A stretch of 64,000 nucleotides of DNA from positions 1,360,054-1,424,053 of the forward strand of contig NW_004457695.1 in NCBI RefSeq assembly GCF_000203815.1, read 5' to 3'. A program made the translations under genes and the position numbers. Numbering within the stretch: position 1 is the stretch's first letter; every line of letters starts with the position of its first letter. This document shows, in pieces, positions 58,639 to 64,000 of the stretch. Origin of the DNA: Dictyostelium fasciculatum (taxonomy: Eukaryota). Under the pieces are notes generated by a model. The model searched no databases and had not been told where the DNA came from. It saw nothing but the letters and a program-made list of their open reading frames with translations.

Positions 58639-59520
58639 CAACCTTTTTGTCGTTTTGTGCCAAGGATTTTTTTTTTTGCCGCTGTCATCTATGTGTAGTA
58701 CTCGTTGGTGGCTAGCATTTCTATCCATTCGCCATCAAAATCCATCCAATCCTCATCCTATCAAACACCTTTGTCTTCCTGCTCTGAAAAAAAAAAAAAA
58801 TAGGTTCCCATTTTGCCAAGTGTAAGACAAGAAAGTTGGCAATTGTGTTTATCCCAAACCTAACATGTCGTTGCATGAAAAATAATTAGGATATGAACCA
58901 CATTTTCATATTTTTCTGCTTATGGAGTTCTTTTTTTTTGGTAAAATACACTCTAATATTTTTATAGACAAAAAGACCACCAATTACCAAATATTCTTAA
59001 CTACGTATGGGTCATATCTAAATCCAAACCTAACAAGAATGAAAATTTCTCTTGTTTTATGTATAAAATCTAAATGGGGTTAACTCTTGCAATCACAAGA
59101 AATGGTCCAAAAGAGGTTGTCTCTATCCCAACATTAAGAATAGTATTGAAACTCGTGACGATATTATTTCTCGTACGTAGAAAGCAAGCGGTCGGTAATG
59201 TTCTTACCACATTGGTTGCCAATGAAAGTGGGTGAAATAGAAATTCATTTTTAATAAGATTACACAAAAAGAGGGGTTTAATGACATACAACGTAGAACA
59301 GTTCTATAAGTGTCCGTTAAATATGGTAAAATTTGATAAATCAAAGTATTATTTTTTCCATTCAGAGTGTCTTCAAATAAAAAAAAGAAACCCAAATGAC
59401 CAAAAATTACCAAGCTTCTGGCGGCTCAATTTTCGCCCAAAAAAATTTCAGTCAAATTGGCAATTTGTAAAAGACGATTGTAGGGAGAAGTAGGCTTTTT
59501 CGAAATAGGGGTCATCGGTG

Positions 59521-59563
59521 GATTCTATGGTCGAGCGGTCTAAGACGTCAGTTTAAGGAACTG
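59521..59563 (+). pseudogene. Truncated tRNA-Leu(AAG) 5' half (acceptor, D-arm and anticodon arm only), with the same upstream flank as the full copy
   Basis: GATTCTATGGTCGAGCGGTCTAAGACGTCAGTTTAAGGAACTG then diverges. About 25 bp of upstream flank is also duplicated. Confidence 0.6.
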
Positions 59564-59708
59564 TTCATTTGGACCAATATATTAGTTTAGAGACTTATGT
59601 TTGTCATTATCTATGCTATTTTTAAAGTCAATATAAACACATTTCTAACAGAATAGAGGCAAAAAAAACCAAAATAAGTAGGCTTTTTCGGAATAGTTGT
59701 CAGCAGCG

Positions 59709-59788
59709 GATTCTTTGGTCGAGCGGTCTAAGACGTCAGTTTAAGGCACTGATCCTCCGGGGCGTGGGTTCAAATCCCACAGGAATCA
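59709..59788 (+). tRNA. tRNA-Leu (anticodon AAG), class II with an 11-nt variable arm
   Basis: The acceptor is GATTCTT/AGGAATC plus a discriminator A. The D-arm is GTC..GAC, the anticodon loop is TTAAGGC, and the T-arm is GTGGGTTCAAATCCCAC. Confidence 0.8.
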
Positions 59789-59827
59789 TCTAATCCTTTT
59801 TATCCTCCATTTTTTTTTTTTTTTTTT

Positions 59828-60520
59828 CCATTTTTTCCATTCCTCCTCCATTCCTCTCCATTCCTCTCCATTCCTCTCCATTCCTCTCCATTCCTCTCCA
59901 TTCCTCTCCATTCCTCTCCATTCCTCCTCCAATCCTCCTCCATTCCTCTCCATTCCTCCTCCATTCCTCTCCATTCCTCTCCATTCCTCTCCATTCCTCC
60001 TCCATTCCTCTCCATTCCTCTCCATTCCTCTCCATTCCTCTCCATTCCCTCCATTCCTCCTCCATTCCTCTCCTCCATTCCTCTCATTCTCCTCCAATCC
60101 ATTCCTCTCCATTCCCCTCCATTCCTCTCCATTCCTCCATTCCCTCCTCCATTCCTCTCCATTCCCCTCCATTCATTCCTCTCCATTCCTCCAATTCCTC
60201 CTCCATTCATTCCTCTCCATTCCCTCCATTCCTCTCCATTCCTCTCCATTCTCTCCATTCTCTCCATTCCTCCTCCATTCATTCTCTCCATTCCCCCCCA
60301 TTCATTCCCTCCCATTCCTCTCCAATTCCATTCTTTCCCTCTTTCCCCTCTTTCCCCTCTTTCCCCTTTCCCTCCTCTCCTTTCCCTCCTTTCCTTTCCC
60401 CTCTCCATCCTCCATTCCTCCTCCTCCATTCCTCCTCCATTCCTCCATTCCTCCTCCATTCCTCCTCCATTCCTCCATTCCTCCTCCCCTCCTCCTCCCT
60501 TCCTTTCCTTTTTTTCTCCA
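59828..60520. repeat. About 700 bp tandem satellite of a degenerate 10-mer (CCATTCCTCT)n
   Basis: Direct reading. The table ORFs 59786-60631 on the minus strand (MERNGEEWRG...) are translations of this repeat. Confidence 0.85.
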
Positions 60521-60890
60521 TAGCGCTGGTTGTTGAACCTCACTACGATGCTCTGAAAGGTACTTTACCACTTTCATGTGACCATTTGGAGATGCCCAAT
60601 CCATAGCATTAAGAACTGTAAATATGATCAAATTTTGTTATTTAATGAATACTTTTACTCCATTCAATGCATTGTTACAAATACATACTTTAACAACCTC
60701 TAAATGGCCAAATCTAGCTGCACCTTGAGTTATATTAAAATGAAGAAAACTATTATTTTTGACACAGATATTAATATATTTAAATATAGATTAAACCAAC
60801 CAACTAATCAACTCACCCTTTACAACTTTTAAATGGTTACCAATAGCTGCTCTATCCTATAAATTATAAAGATATATTAATAAATTATTT
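60521..60890 (-). pseudogene. Ankyrin-repeat gene fragment (three short exon-like pieces), likely decayed
   Basis: DRAAIGNHLKVVKG, AARFGHLEVVK and NAMDWASPNGHMKVVKYLSEHRSEV are ANK consensus pieces separated by GT..AG introns. The 5' end does not close in frame, and the 3' end runs into the satellite. Confidence 0.3.
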
Positions 60891-61049
60891 TAATTAAAGT
60901 TTATCTTTAATTCTATTGCTTACCATTGCCTTTGTAGTACATCTTTCCGTTCTATTCTGGTGTAAATATTTTACAATGTCAAAGAACCCAATAATTAACT
61001 CTCCGCTCTCTCCCCCTTTTTGTTACAAAAAAAAAAAAAGAAAATTTAT

Positions 61050-62459
61050 TTATTTTGTTTTATTTATAACCAATTTCATTGATGGTTTTGAAGGAGAATT
61101 ATTATTATTATTATTACTACCATTATTATTCTTTTGTTGTTGTTGTTGAGTAGTTTTCATTTTATCAAACAATTTTTTGAGTTCATCTCCACCAAGAGCA
61201 GTAAATCCAGAAGCATAGAGCCAAAGATGTTTCTCCAATTTGTTTTTAATGTCTTCAGTGCCTCTTTGGTGGCCCACAATCTTTGTAATCTCTCCACCCA
61301 AAGACAACATGTACTTTTTAGTTTTTCGAACCTTGGCCTCTCTTTCAAGATCAGAGAGATTCTTAAACTTGTCAAGATGTTTTTGAACTGGTTGTAAATA
61401 TTGTTCACATTTTAACAATAATCTAGTATCTGGTCTTTCATCAGAAGAAGAAGAAACTCTCTTTTTTTGTTGTGTTGTACTAGTAGAAACCGAGGAGGAA
61501 GAAGTTGGTTTTTCTTCATCTGAATATTCTTTTCTCTTTCTACCTCTTTTTGGAGAATCTTCCATTTCTTCATCAGACATTAATTTTCTTCTTGATGGTG
61601 TTGATGTAGATGTTGTTGATGTCGATGTTGAATCTGTCTTTTTACCACGACCACTACCATTTTCACGTTCACTACCAAGTTTTGTAGGAGGTTGAGAAAC
61701 TCTACCAGAGCTAGTTCTTTTTGGTGTAATTGGTGTATTATATTCATCTTCAGACTGATGTTCTGAAGCTTTTCCCCTTGTACCTCTTTTTGTTGGAGTC
61801 GATGAACCTCTTTTTGAAGAAGAAGAAGAAGTACTAGTAGTAGAAGTACTTGATGTACTACTACTGTTGCCTTTAGTACCACGTTTTCTTGGTATCTTTT
61901 CATCATCATGATCTTGATCATTTTTACTCTTTGAACCACCACGTGGTTGTGGTTTTTTGTTTGCCAATTTTGGTATAGTGATAGTGGCAAGAGGTTTCTT
62001 TTTAGAAATGATAGAATCTTTGGCAGATTTTAATAAAGAATCTACTCTACGTTGAAGAGAAGGACCTTTGATTTTTGTTGATGCCATGGCAGGATCTTCT
62101 TCAGCGCCGGCGACACTAATAACATTTTCCAATCCCAAACTAGTATCTTTTTGAATGGCATCCCAATTTCCATTACCATGTTTATAAATACCCATCAAGA
62201 GCATGGCATCTTCTTTGGCACCCCATTTAATTGCCCAAGTGACTGGTCTGACGGGGAACGTCACTCTAAATTGTTCATAATTGTTTAAATGAGGTCTAAC
62301 CAATTCTTGCAATGTTTCCATTTCATCAACCTTTTGAATAAACTCGTTTGCATTGATATCAACTCCTGAATACATTATTGTAATCTTGTCACATTCTGGA
62401 TTTTCTCTTTTACTCTTTTTACAAATTTCAATTACTTCTTTACAAATTTCTTCAATTAT
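61050..62459 (-). CDS. CHD-family chromatin remodeller (CHD1-like), terminal exon (SANT/SLIDE-like and C-terminal helical domain)
   Basis: ...[52 protein letters not shown] and [40 protein letters not shown] resemble the CHD1 C-terminal domain. The acceptor is (T)nAG at about 62460. Confidence 0.75.
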   Translation of the reverse strand: MIEEICKEVIEICKKSKRENPECDKITIMYSGVDINANEFIQKVDEMETLQELVRPHLNNYEQFRVTFPVRPVTWAIKWGAKEDAMLLMGIYKHGNGNWDAIQKDTSLGLENVISVAGAEEDPAMASTKIKGPSLQRRVDSLLKSAKDSIISKKKPLATITIPKLANKKPQPRGGSKSKNDQDHDDEKIPRKRGTKGNSSSTSSTSTTSTSSSSSKRGSSTPTKRGTRGKASEHQSEDEYNTPITPKRTSSGRVSQPPTKLGSERENGSGRGKKTDSTSTSTTSTSTPSRRKLMSDEEMEDSPKRGRKRKEYSDEEKPTSSSSVSTSTTQQKKRVSSSSDERPDTRLLLKCEQYLQPVQKHLDKFKNLSDLEREAKVRKTKKYMLSLGGEITKIVGHQRGTEDIKNKLEKHLWLYASGFTALGGDELKKLFDKMKTTQQQQQKNNNGSNNNNNNSPSKPSMKLVINKTK

Positions 62460-62545
62460 CTAAAAAATAAATAAAATAAAAAGTAAATAAATATTCTATT
62501 CTGTTCTATTCTATTTTTTTTTGTTTTTTGTTTTTTCTTATTTAC

Positions 62546-64000
62546 TTTTAAATTAATTTGTTTTAAATTTGAATCTAATAAAATTTCTTTTGCTCTATGA
62601 TAATCACAAAACTTTTTAAAAGATTTGATAAGGATTTTAAGATCCTTTTTGTTGAGGGCTGTAATTTCCTTTTTAGGGTTAATGGTGAGGGTAATAGATT
62701 CTGAGGCTTTTTTACTAGCAGCGGCAGCAGCAGATTTTGAAGTATCGATACGAGCTCTTCTTGGTGGTAGAAAAGTATTACCTTGATCGGGTTGTTGACG
62801 ATCTTTATCTGGAATGATACTTTCCCAATTGATATCTTCCTTTTCCTTGGAGGTTGTGAAATTGGCGACACGGAACGAGTTTAACAACTCTTCTCCTGCA
62901 GTCAACTCGTTTGATTCTGATCGTTGTTCGGCACGAGAAAGAATCTCGTCAATGTCCATTTCGGGTTGTTGTTGCTGTGCGGCATCATCACTTTCTTTAA
63001 ACAAATCCTCTGCACCAAATTTGAGAATAGCATCCAATTCCTCCTTGTTGAAAACTTGGCTTGGAGCAGACCCAGCCGATTTACTACTAGACGACTTGGT
63101 GTCCATTGATTGAATGACCAAATGATCAAGTACCATTTTCTGTTTGGCACGTTCCAAAATATCCTCTTCCACCGTCTTTTTCGTGACTAGACGATAAATA
63201 TTGACTGCATTCTTTTGACCAATACGATGAGCTCTAGCTTCAGCCTGAAGATCGTTTTGAGGATTATAATCAGAGTCGAAAATAACAACAGTGTCGGCTG
63301 TCGACAGATTAATACCCAAACCACCGGCTCTGGTAGAGAGTAGGAAACAAAAGTCTGGTGAACCTTCTGCGTTGAAACGGTCCATGGCTTGACTACGCTT
63401 TTCTCTACTCATAGAGCCATCCAAACGTTGAAAGAGGAATCCTCGGTGCTTGAGATAACGAGCCAAAATGTCGAGCATACGAACCATCTGTGAAAAGATG
63501 AGTACACGATGCCCAGTCTCTTTGAGACGGATCAACAACTTGTCCAAAAGAATGAGCTTACCCGATCCCTTGATCAAGGCGTCCAAAGAGTCATTATAGT
63601 TTTCATTCTCTGCACTTTCAAATAGGTATGGATGATTGCATGTCTTTTTCAACTCGACGACGATATTCAAGAGACTAGTCTTTTCACCTTTGACTCCCTT
63701 GTTTAATTCTTGAAAGTTCTTTTTCAAAATCAATCGATAGTATTTCTTTTGTAGTGGTGATAGATCGACACGCAATATTCTTTCAGTCTTTGCTGGTAGA
63801 GATTTTTCAACCTCTTTTTTGATTCGACGTAAAAGATGTGGTTTGAGTTCGTTGTGAAGTTCGGCAATTTGATCCTTTTCCTTTAAATCTGACCATTGAT
63901 CTTGGAAATCCTTTAGTGAATGGAATTTGTTTGGCATTAAAAAGTTTAACAAATTCCACAATTCCTTCATTGAATTTTGTAATGGTGTACCAGTTACCAA
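62546..64000 (-). CDS. CHD-family remodeller, upstream exon (SNF2 helicase C-terminal lobe); the gene continues beyond the window end
   Basis: ...[108 protein letters not shown] is the SNF2 motifs IV-VI. The donor GTAAAT lies on the minus strand below 62546. Confidence 0.85.

Larger units (their letters stand above)
57627..58790. repeat. Right arm of the inverted repeat pair; begins with a T-run and carries tRNA-Thr plus an extra GC-rich segment of about 650 bp
   Basis: 57627-57900 matches the reverse complement of 54340-54628, and 58566-58790 matches the reverse complement of 53890-54306. 57900-58560 is absent from the left arm. Confidence 0.8.

Noticed and set aside
59828-60520. Regular short direct repeats that could look like a CRISPR array
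   Set aside because: The unit is 10 bp with no unique spacers between repeats. It is a plain tandem satellite in a eukaryotic, intron-containing genome.
59786-60631. Table ORFs on the minus strand encoding MERNGEEWRG... (128, 91, 247, 80 and 109 aa)
   Set aside because: They are translations of the decamer satellite in different frames. Only the first ~30 codons of 60302-60631 look like a real ankyrin fragment, and the rest shows no coding signal.
1-64000. Prokaryotic defence or operon-type system
   Set aside because: The sequence has spliceosomal introns, polyQ/N proteins, eukaryotic gene families (STAT, CHD, ESCRT, proteasome) and eukaryote-type tRNAs. There are no Shine-Dalgarno-spaced co-directional gene clusters.

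Overview
This 64-kb window is eukaryotic nuclear DNA, not prokaryotic. It is extremely AT-rich outside exons. Introns are short (about 65-100 nt), begin GTAAGT/GTATGT/GTAAAT and end in pyrimidine-rich (T)nAG. Coding regions carry long CAA/AAT-encoded polyQ and polyN tracts. All of this is typical of a dictyostelid social amoeba (Dictyostelium-like). I resolved about 27 protein-coding genes on both strands by splicing the six-frame ORFs by hand. Recognisable products include PSMD2/Rpn1, D-amino-acid oxidase, Dcp2, a TMC-like channel, CCDC174, choline/ethanolamine phosphotransferase, an XPR1/PHO1-like SPX-EXS protein, an ABHD hydrolase, an LDB/Chip-like co-regulator, an F-box/FNIP protein, PrxQ/BCP, a bacterial-type dCTP deaminase, an AGMO-like hydroxylase, CHMP7, a STAT, a GH27 alpha-galactosidase and a partial CHD ATPase. 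RNA genes are two identical tRNA-Thr(AGU) copies in inverted orientation, a tRNA-Leu(AAG) and a truncated tRNA-Leu copy. The most unusual structures are a roughly 4.9-kb unit bounded by inverted tRNA-bearing repeats (53.9-58.8 kb) and a 700-bp decamer satellite next to tRNA-Leu (59.8-60.5 kb). The right repeat arm carries a GC-rich insertion with a tRNA-like box and 13-bp flanking direct repeats, and the core between the arms has no recognisable gene. There is no CRISPR array, no prokaryotic operon and no defence island. Exon boundaries were derived by eye from the sequence and may be off by 1-2 nt. Homology calls are from memory of protein families, not from searches.
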